Source of the DNA: Alteromonadaceae bacterium
Lineage (GTDB): Bacteria > Pseudomonadota > Gammaproteobacteria > Enterobacterales > Alteromonadaceae
Reading direction: 5' to 3'
Assembly: GCA_965248545.1 (NCBI GenBank)
Contig: OZ252110.1
Coordinates: 1,270,224 to 1,334,223 of the forward strand
Length of the DNA: 64,000 bases
A program made the translations under genes and the position numbers. The notes under the pieces were generated by a model that saw only the letters and a program-made list of their open reading frames with translations, was not told the DNA's origin and did no database searches. Of this stretch, positions 55,218 to 64,000 are shown piece by piece; within the stretch, counting starts at the first letter, position 1; each line of letters begins with the position of its first letter.

Positions 55218-55694
55218 ATGAAGAAAAGTCTGGTTCACTTAGGGGCTGCGTTAGCGCTTTTTACTGTGTGTGTTATGTCGTCAGCTTACGCAAACCCGGA
55301 TAGAGTGATACTAAAGACCGCTGTCGTTGAGACTATGTTGGTGCCTGAATCTGGGGAAGCGCTCTCGTGGGAGCGCTCCTTCCCAGAAACCATGTTTATG
55401 CCACGCGATATCGAGCGCGCTGGTGTACGTGGCTGTGGTATTTTTAGCTTCAACATCGGTAAAGACGGCAAAGCCAAAGATATCGAAACAGAAGCGGCCG
55501 TGCCCAGTTTCGGTCTTAGCCGTTTAGCAAAGGACTACATTGAACTGTGGCGTTGGGAAGCCAAACCCTCAGGTGGTATCGAAGAACAAGTGCTGTTGCG
55601 CCTAGATTTTTGCATTGCCGGTGCAACTGAAGAAGAAGTTAAGCAGTTTTGTGCATACCAGGCGACTTTGCCATGCAAAGATAAGCGTGGATAA
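55218..55694 (+). CDS. Exported TonB C-terminal domain-like protein
   Basis: Signal peptide, P.FMPRDIERAGVRGCGIFSFNIGKDGKAKDI, ends in Cys-containing tail. Confidence 0.65.
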   Translation: MKKSLVHLGAALALFTVCVMSSAYANPDRVILKTAVVETMLVPESGEALSWERSFPETMFMPRDIERAGVRGCGIFSFNIGKDGKAKDIETEAAVPSFGLSRLAKDYIELWRWEAKPSGGIEEQVLLRLDFCIAGATEEEVKQFCAYQATLPCKDKRG

Positions 55695-55757
55695 TGCAGA
55701 CTGCACTAAGAGAATTAATCCAATCACCTACTAAAGAATAATAAATACATCCGCACT

Positions 55758-57323
55758 ATGGCATTGCTAAAGACCGCAGGCATTGAAATTAATAAAGAAC
55801 AACGCACTGTTCACTATCAGCAACAGCCGCTTGCGCTAAAAGGTCTTACCTTTGATATGTTCCTCGCACTCGTTGAAGCCAACAACGAAGTTGTAAGTAT
55901 CGACACCCTCTCAGAACGAGTTTGGAAAGGTAAAGTGGTCAGCGATGATACGATCGCTCAACGTATTTCATTATTGCGCAAAGCATTACCTGAGCACGCC
56001 AGTACACACATAGAATCGGCCAGAAGTGAAGGATATCGCTGGCTAGCAAAAGTTGACCACACTGGCGTGAATGATGCTTCACCTAAGAAGAAAAAACTGG
56101 GTGCTGCCGCGATAGTAATCACCGTGCTAATTGCAGTTGGATTCAGCGTCTTTTGGTTTAGCGATCAGGAGCAGCCTCTGAATGACCAGATGGTTCTGGA
56201 CCCCAATAATATCCCAGGTCACGGTCTAGACGCAGACGTTTTCACACGGGTCAAATTGGCACGTGCGCAACAATATGCGAATGCTCTGACTGCTGAGAGC
56301 AATGTTATTGCCGTCAAAATGTACCGTGAGTTGCTGGAAAGTGACAATTCGAATCCTCTCTTCAAACTCGGGTTAGCGCAAACGTTGCTGTATGGTGTAG
56401 CTGAATTCAATTCTGATCCAAGGGTACTCGAAGAAGCTGAATCGCTCAGCGCGGAGTTGATAGAGCTAAATCAGTTCCAGCCTCAATATCTGTGGTTGCG
56501 CGGTTTTTACTACGAAACAGCAAAACAAATGCAACTCGCTTTAGACACCTACGAAGCAGCACTGGCTCAGTCACCTGATGATCCACAAATAGCACTGAGT
56601 TTAGCCAACCTTTACGCCGAAAATGGTCGCCTGTTTGAAGCAATGCAGTTAAATGTAAAGCCGTCCATTCGAGGAGAGAGTCGTCAGCTGCGTCAAATCG
56701 CAAGGTTATTGTATTTAACCGACCAAACAGAACTTGCCCGCGATTGGCTCAATGCTTCTTTGCAATTAGCGCCCAACGACGCATCGGCGAGCTTTGAATT
56801 GGCGAAGTTTTTAATGGTCAATGACCGGCCCACTGAAGCAATGGAAGTGATTACTGAATTTCATCAAAGTGCCAAGGGCAACGCAGAAAGTCACTTACTT
56901 GAATTCTTCTTGCAGCTCTATTTTGAAGAAACGAATTTAGCTGAAACTGCGCTTATCGCGGCTGAAGCCGCCCAGCCCGAGTCCGTTCAAGTCCTAGCAT
57001 GGCGACAGTGGTTTAATCAGCAACAATCGGAACCGCTTTCAGCCACACAGGTCTCCTTTGCGGAGAGCGACTGGCCAACGTCACAGGTCGCAGGTTGTGT
57101 GCAAGCAATGGCTAATGACAATACCCAAGAAGCGCTGCTCTTACTGACTCGAGCGCTGCGTTTAGGCTATTTGGACTATAAATATATCCTACACATGCCA
57201 GCGTTCATTCCATTGCAAGATAACCCAATGTTCAATGAGATTTTACTCTTGATGCAGCAGCGTCAAATCGAAGAAAAACGCCGCATCGTTGCTATCCAAA
57301 TTCCGGAACTCGGTAGTAGCTAA
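55758..57323 (+). CDS. CadC-like winged-helix regulator with TM helix and periplasmic TPRs
   Basis: VWKGKVVSDDTIAQRISLLRKAL, ESARSEGYRW, TM segment, multiple TPR-like repeats. Confidence 0.85.
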   Translation: MALLKTAGIEINKEQRTVHYQQQPLALKGLTFDMFLALVEANNEVVSIDTLSERVWKGKVVSDDTIAQRISLLRKALPEHASTHIESARSEGYRWLAKVDHTGVNDASPKKKKLGAAAIVITVLIAVGFSVFWFSDQEQPLNDQMVLDPNNIPGHGLDADVFTRVKLARAQQYANALTAESNVIAVKMYRELLESDNSNPLFKLGLAQTLLYGVAEFNSDPRVLEEAESLSAELIELNQFQPQYLWLRGFYYETAKQMQLALDTYEAALAQSPDDPQIALSLANLYAENGRLFEAMQLNVKPSIRGESRQLRQIARLLYLTDQTELARDWLNASLQLAPNDASASFELAKFLMVNDRPTEAMEVITEFHQSAKGNAESHLLEFFLQLYFEETNLAETALIAAEAAQPESVQVLAWRQWFNQQQSEPLSATQVSFAESDWPTSQVAGCVQAMANDNTQEALLLLTRALRLGYLDYKYILHMPAFIPLQDNPMFNEILLLMQQRQIEEKRRIVAIQIPELGSS

Positions 57324-57351
57324 ACTCAGACAACTGGTTAAGGAGCTAAAT

Positions 57352-57888
57352 ATGAAAATCATCATCACTGGGCTCAGCTTCTTACTGCTGATAATGTCAC
57401 ACATGGTATTTGCACAAGATTCAGATGTTACTGCAGAGCAACGTGTAGAGCGGTTGGAATTGACCTTAGTCAACAAAGGTGAACCTCAAGCCGCTTACGT
57501 TTATGCCGTACGAACTGGCAATTTACTCTTTCTTGCTGGACATATTTCAGTTGATAACCAAGGCAAACCCATCGTTGGCAAATTAGGTGATGATATGTCG
57601 ACTGAAAGTGGTGCTTTGGCCGCCAGGGCGGCTGGGATCTCTATTTTAGCCACGATTAAACAGCAATTGGGTTCACTTAACAGAGTGAAAAAGTTTGTTA
57701 AAGTTACTGGGATGGTCAATGCAACTGCCGACTTCACCGAACATTCTCAAGTGGTCAATGGTTTTTCCAATCTGATGATCGAGGTGTTCGGGGAGAACGG
57801 CAAACATGCCCGTTCAGCAGTAGGCATGAGTTCATTGCCTGTCGGCGCAGCAGTAGAAATAGAAGTAATATTGGAAGTTCAGGAATAA
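57352..57888 (+). CDS. RidA/YjgF-family protein with a signal peptide
   Basis: AYVYAVRTGNLLFLAGH, HARSAVG (conserved Arg), LPVGAAVEIE. N-terminal MKIIITGLSFLLLIMSHMVFA. AAGGAG RBS. Confidence 0.85.
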   Translation: MKIIITGLSFLLLIMSHMVFAQDSDVTAEQRVERLELTLVNKGEPQAAYVYAVRTGNLLFLAGHISVDNQGKPIVGKLGDDMSTESGALAARAAGISILATIKQQLGSLNRVKKFVKVTGMVNATADFTEHSQVVNGFSNLMIEVFGENGKHARSAVGMSSLPVGAAVEIEVILEVQE

Positions 57889-57914
57889 CCGAGGTTCAGC
57901 TGCACTGTGGCAGG

Positions 57915-59009
57915 TCAATCGGCGAGCTGGAAGTTTTGTTTACCGGTTTTTTTCACCTGGTACATCATCTGATCGGCTTTTTTGCGCAATTCCTCAATCG
58001 TGTTCGCATGATCCGGGTAAATCGCCCCGCCAATGCTAACCCCAATCTCCAGTGTTAACGCCTCGAATACAATAGGTTTTTGAATTTGTGCTAATAGTCG
58101 GCTCAACACATCAACCAACATTGTTGAGCCTTCAACGTCTGGCATTACAATCATAAACTCATCGCCACCGATCCGGCAGCAGGTATCCGACTGTCGCGTA
58201 AGCGACAACATTCGCTCTGCCACGCTATTGAGCACCCGGTCTCCTGCGGCGTGGCCATGTTGATCATTGATGACTTTAAAATTATCCAGATCGAGGTATA
58301 TCAACGCAGTTTTCAACTGTCGTCGCTGCGCCAGTTTCATCGCCATGTCTAGACGATCGAGGGCCAATCGTAAGTTAGGCAATCCGGTCAGTTGATCGTG
58401 ATTCGCTAAATATTCAATTTCTTTCTTCTGTTCATTGACAAGCTCCGCATATACCCGCGTTTCAAGTAACAAGCTTTCAAGAATGTCTGTAAAAAAATAC
58501 GCCAGCATTAAAAAGATAACAGCGAACATGACCCAACTCGCGACAGCGGTGTTTTGTTGATTCAGATCTGCCCCTAGTGACAACCACCCCAATGTCCAAG
58601 CGAGGCCAAATAAGGCGACTATGACAAATAGCACTGCCGCCAATATCCGACCGGATTTATTGCCGTAAATGGCCGTTGCCATGGCAACACTGGTGAGTAG
58701 AAACATAAAACCCACTGAGCTGAGCGCAAACTGGGCAAATCCCGCGACTGCAGCCGAGACGAACATCAAAATACAGAACATAACCTTCGTTTCGAGCGAC
58801 AGTTTGTGTCGATTCAAGAAAACCACAATAACGGGAACAAAAAAGGCAATATGCAAAAGATGAATCGGAAGCAAGCCAAGTTCAAGCACACGAAACAGAG
58901 AGGCGGTCAAACCGAAAACCCCCATAACAAATAAAAACTTCGTCACACGCTCGACAAATGTCGCTTTAATTTGCTCAAGTTTTTCGTTGTGCTGAAACTG
59001 ACTGCTCAC
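57915..59009 (-). CDS. Multi-TM diguanylate cyclase
   Basis: HDQLTGLPN, DLDNFKVINDQHGH, intact RIGGDEF, I-site RQSD. Confidence 0.92.
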   Translation of the reverse strand: MSSQFQHNEKLEQIKATFVERVTKFLFVMGVFGLTASLFRVLELGLLPIHLLHIAFFVPVIVVFLNRHKLSLETKVMFCILMFVSAAVAGFAQFALSSVGFMFLLTSVAMATAIYGNKSGRILAAVLFVIVALFGLAWTLGWLSLGADLNQQNTAVASWVMFAVIFLMLAYFFTDILESLLLETRVYAELVNEQKKEIEYLANHDQLTGLPNLRLALDRLDMAMKLAQRRQLKTALIYLDLDNFKVINDQHGHAAGDRVLNSVAERMLSLTRQSDTCCRIGGDEFMIVMPDVEGSTMLVDVLSRLLAQIQKPIVFEALTLEIGVSIGGAIYPDHANTIEELRKKADQMMYQVKKTGKQNFQLAD

Positions 59010-59208
59010 ATTATTAACAACTCAATATGGCGAGAACTACCACAGCTCTCGCAACTCTGTTTAACAGTAGTCAAACAGGCCCCACTATTCAAATCGTGAG
59101 CACTGCCGCTGGTGGCTTTTCGTTTGGTATTAGGTATACCGCTTAGATATACAAAAAAGATGACAATGTGCCACACTCAAACACGTCGCAATAATCGAGA
59201 AACAACGG

Positions 59209-60423
59209 ATGGCTAATACGCATTTTGTTTTTGCAGTCGCGCTGCAAGATTCAGGGCTTCTAGAAGAAGTGCTTGGCGAAACAGTAGTAGACTACGCGTG
59301 GGAACAGCTACTGCAGCGCATCGAACCACAACTTAACGCCTTGTTTGTGCGCTACAGTCACGTAACGGACTTAGAGCGAATCGACTATGCATGCTATCTG
59401 TTTGCGAGCATCGACGCGCATGATGCTATGTTTGATCTGGATGAGCAACGCAGTGTCCTGTTTGAAAACACTCAACGCGTGCTTCGGGAATCTTTGGTGG
59501 AATACTTTGGTGGTGGTAGCGGCCGAAAAATACACTTTTCGATGTTATTCGACGCCGTTCCGGATCCGCAGCATGTCGCCCCAGAACACATTCCCGCCTG
59601 GTTGGCAGAGAGAGGCACAACAGACGTCATGCTCATCGAGCAAGGTGATCAGCTGTCATCGCCATTCGCTGACATTACCAAATCCGAATTTGTTGCACTG
59701 CTCGAACAACAGCAACTGCAGACATTCGCACAATCTATAGTCAAATTAGACGATTTATCAGTGGTTGGATACGAAGTGTTGACGCGAGGCCCCAGTGGTT
59801 CTGAGGTAGAGCGGGCGGATAAACTGTTTGGCTCGGCCAGTCACTTTGGCCTGACTAACGAGATTGAATTGGCCTGCGTAAAGCAAGCGTTAACACACGT
59901 AGCGGAGTTACCGGAACCGCTATTCATGACAATAAATATCGGACCTGAAATTCTTACCAGTGATGCCCTCATGGCGCTTCTCAACGCAGAACACGTGAAA
60001 CCATTTTATCATCAACTGGCTTTTGAGTTGACCGAACACCTGCCGCTAGCCGACCTAGACGGGGTGATTGCCTCCGTTAAGCGTCTCCAAGACATGGGTA
60101 TTCAAGTGTGCCTAGATGACACTGGGTGCGGTTTTTTCGACATCACAACCGCTGAAGTACTACACCCTTCCATTGTGAAGCTCTGCATATCCGTTATCAG
60201 ACGCATTGACGCCAGTGATACAGTGACCCAAGAAATTGTGCAAACCCGTGAACGTCTCGATAACTTAAACGCACTCACACTGGGTGAGGGAGTAGAAGAG
60301 CCTTTCCAAGTGGAAGCCCTCCAACGCGCCGGCGTGCACTTGGCACAGGGTTACTATTTTGACAAACCCAAGCCTATTGGCCAAGCGTTATCGCAGGCGA
60401 ACGACGATCTTCCCCTCTGTTGA
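59209..60423 (+). CDS. EAL domain protein
   Basis: FAQSIV, YEVLTR, TINI, FELTE, LDDTGCG, IVKL, GEGVE, AQGYYFDKP. Confidence 0.88.
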   Translation: MANTHFVFAVALQDSGLLEEVLGETVVDYAWEQLLQRIEPQLNALFVRYSHVTDLERIDYACYLFASIDAHDAMFDLDEQRSVLFENTQRVLRESLVEYFGGGSGRKIHFSMLFDAVPDPQHVAPEHIPAWLAERGTTDVMLIEQGDQLSSPFADITKSEFVALLEQQQLQTFAQSIVKLDDLSVVGYEVLTRGPSGSEVERADKLFGSASHFGLTNEIELACVKQALTHVAELPEPLFMTINIGPEILTSDALMALLNAEHVKPFYHQLAFELTEHLPLADLDGVIASVKRLQDMGIQVCLDDTGCGFFDITTAEVLHPSIVKLCISVIRRIDASDTVTQEIVQTRERLDNLNALTLGEGVEEPFQVEALQRAGVHLAQGYYFDKPKPIGQALSQANDDLPLC

Positions 60424-60522
60424 TAAACCGTCGAATTGACATAAATCAAATCAATGAATGGAGTTAGACATTAAGCTGAATTTGTCGAATAAACCACCAG
60501 CGCAACTGAAGAGGGAAGCAAC

Positions 60523-60810
60523 ATGAAAACACGTGACCAATATGCCGAGCAGCTCAAACAGACCATTGATGAAATCAACGAAAAAATCTCTGAGTTAGAA
60601 CAAAAGGCCGAAGCGGACCTGGCTGAGCTCAAGACTGAAATCGATAGCAAAGTTGCGCCAGTCAAGGAACAGATGAAGCCTTACACTGACAAGCTAGAAG
60701 AGCTCAAAGAAGAAGGCGAAGAGAAGTTAGAAGAATATGCAAAGGAAGCAAAGAAAGTTCGTGACGCTTTCATTCATTCTTACAACTACTTTAAGTCTCA
60801 AATCAAATAA
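60523..60810 (+). CDS. Small coiled-coil protein
   Basis: 95 aa, Lys/Glu-rich amphipathic helices. GAGGGA RBS, own terminator. Confidence 0.75.
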   Translation: MKTRDQYAEQLKQTIDEINEKISELEQKAEADLAELKTEIDSKVAPVKEQMKPYTDKLEELKEEGEEKLEEYAKEAKKVRDAFIHSYNYFKSQIK

Positions 60811-60813
60811 TCT

Positions 60814-60839
60814 AAATGGCGCCGATCGGCGCCATTTTT
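60814..60839. terminator. Bidirectional terminator
   Basis: Perfect palindrome AAATGGCGCCGATCGGCGCCATTT plus extra Ts, between convergent genes. Confidence 0.85.
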
Positions 60840-60843
60840 GTCT

Positions 60844-62226
60844 CTATTTTCCCCTGATTTTTGCCAACCAATCCAAGGTTGTCTGTGCGACTCTGGGATC
60901 GTAGTGTGATTCCGGCTCCGCAGGATTGTAGCGCCCACTATTGCGTGCTTGCATGTGAGCAGCACGGTCCTTGTAACGCATAAAGGCATGCTCAGCACCT
61001 TCAATGACCGTCGCTTGGCTTTTGGGGTTTGCATTTTGAGCCACTACATCAAACGCCCACTCTTGGCTAATAGCTTGAATATCCAGACTACCGTGCATCA
61101 TCAACACTGGCACTTTTGATGTCTTCCACAACTGACTGAAGTCATAACGATTCAAATCACGGAAAAAGCTGAAGTGTCGATTAATGACCTGGTCGCCACT
61201 GACACCAATCAATTCAGACGAGATCGCCGCTTGTACATCGTCATCCGCGAGCATTTCCTCCCAAGGCGTATCAGTATTCAGAAGTAAATGCCAAAAGGGT
61301 TGTACGAGTTTTGTATTACGCTGTGCTTGCGCTTGCGGGGTATCAAAGTGTTTAACACTTTGTATGGCATATATATCCAGCATGTAGTCGTACCAAGGCT
61401 TATACACACCACCATAACCGATGATGCCGGCTACTGCCTCTTGTTCTGCGACCACCGGCGCGTGCAACACACCCAGAGAGTGTCCCCATATATATACCTG
61501 TGACGCGTCAACATAGTCCTTCTGTTTAAGGGCTTTTAACCCGTGCACGAAGGCTTGGGCTTCCTGACTAAAATTAATTTGGTCACAGTTCACTTCTGAC
61601 TGACTATCGCCGAGACCCGGCTTCTCGATTCGGTAAACCACATAACCCGCTTCCGCGAAGCGCTCGACCATTTGACGTGTGGTCACGTTCGGCGCCATAC
61701 CATAGTCTATCGAGCTACAGGTATAACCTTGGATGAAGAAGATCGCCGGAGCGCGCTGCCCGGATTGCAGAGAGCTAGGCTTATATACAATTGAACGCAG
61801 ATGATTACCTGCATATTTTACCGAGTCGTAAATAACCTCTGCGGTTTCACTGGTTTCAAACGGACGCGGTTGCATGTGACCAGACAGCGTCCTTGAGGCT
61901 TCATCGCGGGTAATCGACACTTGGATTGCGGCACCAGTTGTTAAATTGCGAATTGCCGCTAACAGCGACGAGAAGTCTGGCGTAGCCTCACCGTTGATAC
62001 TGTGGACTATGTCGCCTTGCTGTAATCCTAGTTGGCTTGCCGTACTATTCGGCAGTATTTGCTGTAAGACAACGTGCTGATTTTGTCCAACTTGCTCAGG
62101 AATGATACCCAGCAAGGTTCCTCGTGAAAGCCCATCAGCGGCTTGTGCGAGTGTCAATGTCATTGTTGAACCAATGACCAGAAGCCCGCAAAACTGCTGG
62201 CACAACCGACGGTAAATTCCCTTCAT
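60844..62226 (-). CDS. Exported PDZ domain plus alpha/beta-hydrolase (S9/S33-like)
   Basis: Signal peptide, PDZ (LGII...STASQLGLQQGDIVHSING), WGHSLG nucleophile, HGSLD, GAEH. Confidence 0.85.
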   Translation of the reverse strand: MKGIYRRLCQQFCGLLVIGSTMTLTLAQAADGLSRGTLLGIIPEQVGQNQHVVLQQILPNSTASQLGLQQGDIVHSINGEATPDFSSLLAAIRNLTTGAAIQVSITRDEASRTLSGHMQPRPFETSETAEVIYDSVKYAGNHLRSIVYKPSSLQSGQRAPAIFFIQGYTCSSIDYGMAPNVTTRQMVERFAEAGYVVYRIEKPGLGDSQSEVNCDQINFSQEAQAFVHGLKALKQKDYVDASQVYIWGHSLGVLHAPVVAEQEAVAGIIGYGGVYKPWYDYMLDIYAIQSVKHFDTPQAQAQRNTKLVQPFWHLLLNTDTPWEEMLADDDVQAAISSELIGVSGDQVINRHFSFFRDLNRYDFSQLWKTSKVPVLMMHGSLDIQAISQEWAFDVVAQNANPKSQATVIEGAEHAFMRYKDRAAHMQARNSGRYNPAEPESHYDPRVAQTTLDWLAKIRGK

Positions 62227-62229
62227 GGT

Positions 62230-63540
62230 TTACTCCTCATTGTTGGTAAATTCAGACAGATACGTCAATGCGATTGGCGGTTGATTGCCAAGTCTCAGTA
62301 CTCTGTTGCGAAGCTGACTTAATGGCATATCTGGGTTCAGCGTTGCTTGTTGCTCAAGCGCTGCCTCGATTAGGTGTTTGCCATATACATACGTGATCAC
62401 TTGTACTGGCCAACGTTTGATCCGCGCAATTTCTCTGTGCATGATATGTTCCTCACCAGGCAAGTATTGTTGCCACAAACTCTCAGCTCGCTCGTCACTC
62501 CAAGCTTCATGGTGCAAGCCGACATCAATGAGTACGCGCAAGGCTCTGAGTACACGCCATTTCAGCGCGTACACGTGACTCTCGGGATGTTGAAACAGCC
62601 CCAACGCTTTGCCTAACAGTTCGATGTAACCCGCCCAACCTTCAGCACTTACTAATGGCGTAGACATAAAACTTAATGAAGGACACAGAGGCGATGCTTG
62701 CAGTACCGCAAATTGCAAATGGTGGCCGGGCAACGCCTCGTGCAAGAACAACCAATCCATGCTCATCTCATGCATTACACCGTTTTGTAGGTGATACAGA
62801 AACGTCGCAGTAGTGTTATCGTAAATGCCTGGTGCAGGGAATGATGGCGGCAATCCAGAGGGTTGGATGTTAAACGGCGCGATTGGCTTATCAATCGCTA
62901 AAACCTCGGATAGCTGCTTGCTGACCAACGCTTCTCGGTCGCGAAACGCCGCGACAATTGCGTGATGTTGGTCAGCTGGAAACTTTTTTAACTGCTCTGT
63001 TGCTCCAGTCTTCGCTCGTTGGGCCCGCTCCAGCAACTGACTGGCGGTTAACAGTTCTTGTTCAGCTATGCGATTGATGTCTGCTATCTCTATTTTGCCG
63101 AGTAACCAACTATCCAACCAATGTTGGTACCACTCTCGACCATCTGGCAATTCAGTGAATAATCCCGAGTAGGAGGGCTTTTTGGACTGCGACGCTAACG
63201 TCGCTGTCAACACCGTTCGCTGTTCAATTAGTCCAAGAAAATGGCTCAGGCTAGCTTGCTGAATCGATTCACATGCCCCTATTGGCGTCAGCGCCTTGTT
63301 GCGCGCTTGTAAGGCCTGAATTGTGTTTTTAGGAGGTAAGGCGTCAAGATCCAATGTGCGCCAAAAGTTAGCAAAATCCATCTGGAACGGCACAAAATTC
63401 AATTGCTCAACATCTTGCGATAAAGCCTCGAATTCATGCGCAAACGAAGCGGCGCTTAACGGCACCTTTGCAACGCTTGCAGCCGAAGCAGAGAGTAAAA
63501 ATAACCCCCCAAAGAGGCAAAACTTAACAAAAGTATGCAT
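62230..63540 (-). CDS. DUF885-family exported protein (metallopeptidase-like)
   Basis: Signal peptide, LHEALPGHHLQ, AEGWAGYIE, RALRVLIDVGLH, EIAR..RWPVQ..TY..G. Confidence 0.85.
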   Translation of the reverse strand: MHTFVKFCLFGGLFLLSASAASVAKVPLSAASFAHEFEALSQDVEQLNFVPFQMDFANFWRTLDLDALPPKNTIQALQARNKALTPIGACESIQQASLSHFLGLIEQRTVLTATLASQSKKPSYSGLFTELPDGREWYQHWLDSWLLGKIEIADINRIAEQELLTASQLLERAQRAKTGATEQLKKFPADQHHAIVAAFRDREALVSKQLSEVLAIDKPIAPFNIQPSGLPPSFPAPGIYDNTTATFLYHLQNGVMHEMSMDWLFLHEALPGHHLQFAVLQASPLCPSLSFMSTPLVSAEGWAGYIELLGKALGLFQHPESHVYALKWRVLRALRVLIDVGLHHEAWSDERAESLWQQYLPGEEHIMHREIARIKRWPVQVITYVYGKHLIEAALEQQATLNPDMPLSQLRNRVLRLGNQPPIALTYLSEFTNNEE

Positions 63541-63718
63541 ATGCTGTGACTGCCAATTTCATTACCGTGTCCTTTGAATGGGTGTAGCAGATAAACTGAG
63601 TGTCCAAGTTAGTTGCTGCGGCCGTTATTGTGTTAACGTCGCTTGAGTTTTACCTATATTGGTTATTTTTAGCCTAAATTTACGTTAAATGTAATCGCGC
63701 AGAAACCGAGATCTACAC

Positions 63719-64000
63719 ATGCAACAATCGTTAACAGGCATCGTCTACTTTATCGCCTTTAGCCATGCATTAATGCTGACCATTCTGTTGTTTAAGCAAT
63801 CTGGCCTGACGCGACCGGGTAAGTGGTTAGCCCTGATATCGCTGGTCATTACATACAAGCTCTATGAAGGCGGCGCCATGTATTCAGGTTTGTATCAGTA
63901 TGTGGCGCATAGTATGGATTTGCTCCCCGGCGCGGTGCTCTTCGTGGGGCCAATGCTATGGCTGTACGTTTGTCAGGTGAGAGGTAACCAGCAATCGACA
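63719..64000 (+). CDS. N-terminal multi-TM region of a probable membrane-anchored AraC regulator (3'-truncated)
   Basis: Read manually: MQQSLTGIVYFIAFSHALMLTILLFKQ...LFVGPMLWLYV, open to the window end. The family call comes from the GP.L.LYV pattern only. Confidence 0.55.
   Translation, partial: MQQSLTGIVYFIAFSHALMLTILLFKQSGLTRPGKWLALISLVITYKLYEGGAMYSGLYQYVAHSMDLLPGAVLFVGPMLWLYVCQVRGNQQST

Noticed and set aside
3757-57351. Long N-terminal extensions in the ORF track (glmU 3757, DeoR 5334, TBDR 30349, tal 30659, pilin 38451, CIA30 47025, ECF 48906, lipoprotein 54854, RidA 57289)
   Set aside because: Downstream starts have better RBSs and give canonical N-termini or signal peptides.
62230-63540. 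DUF885 pseudogene
   Set aside because: It is a continuous ORF with signal peptide and intact metal-binding motifs; the short length alone is insufficient.
275-63577. The many 60-165 aa ORFs overlapping larger genes on the opposite strand or in other frames
   Set aside because: They have no recognisable motifs and overlap well-supported genes, so I treat them as shadow ORFs.
1-64000. CRISPR arrays, rRNA, tRNA, IS elements, prophage or recognisable defence systems
   Set aside because: No regularly spaced repeats, RNA-gene signatures, transposase, integrase or phage genes were recognised by eye. Small ncRNAs could be missed without covariance models.

Overview
A densely coded 64 kb chromosomal segment from a marine gammaproteobacterium. 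Gene content and order (glmU-DeoR-glmS, GlyGly-CTERM protein, TonB-dependent receptor, MSHA-like pilin, several GGDEF/EAL proteins) point to Alteromonadaceae; this is an inference. I see no rRNA, tRNA, CRISPR array, integrase or transposase. Layout: (1) alkylation repair (Ada/AlkA-type glycosylase, ogt), a DMT transporter and a catalytically degenerate GGDEF protein. (2) glmU, a DeoR regulator and glmS, with an apparently empty attTn7. (3) About 19 kb of accessory envelope, hydrolase and detox genes, including a rhombosortase substrate, a secreted ADP-ribosylglycohydrolase-family protein, an S41-peptidase/beta-lactamase-fold fusion and pnuC plus a NadR-like kinase. (4) A 17.5 kb pentose/xylan utilization locus (27389-44865). 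Its GH26 lipoprotein looks like a beta-1,3-xylanase. It also has a GH43 xylosidase, TBDR, MFS porter, xylA/xylB/xylR and its own tal and tkt, plus three unexplained passengers: a PhyH dioxygenase, a Gfo/Idh/MocA oxidoreductase and a type IV pilin. A shared candidate XylR site precedes four of its promoters. (5) A two-ECF-sigma module. A 537-aa ECF fused to a multi-pass membrane extension shares an identically spaced promoter-like element (ATTTGTCACCTTTA...GGCAC) with an oppositely oriented operon of CIA30 protein, OpgC-like acyltransferase and an unannotated 45-aa membrane protein. (6) An orphan ccoG with a divergent MocR regulator, a periplasmic signalling cluster with a signal-peptide RidA, a GGDEF/EAL pair and a peptidase cluster. 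The best candidates for undescribed biology are the putative beta-1,3-xylan locus with its dioxygenase/reductase/pilin accessories and the membrane-tethered ECF regulon. All functional calls rest on motif recognition by eye; no searches were run.
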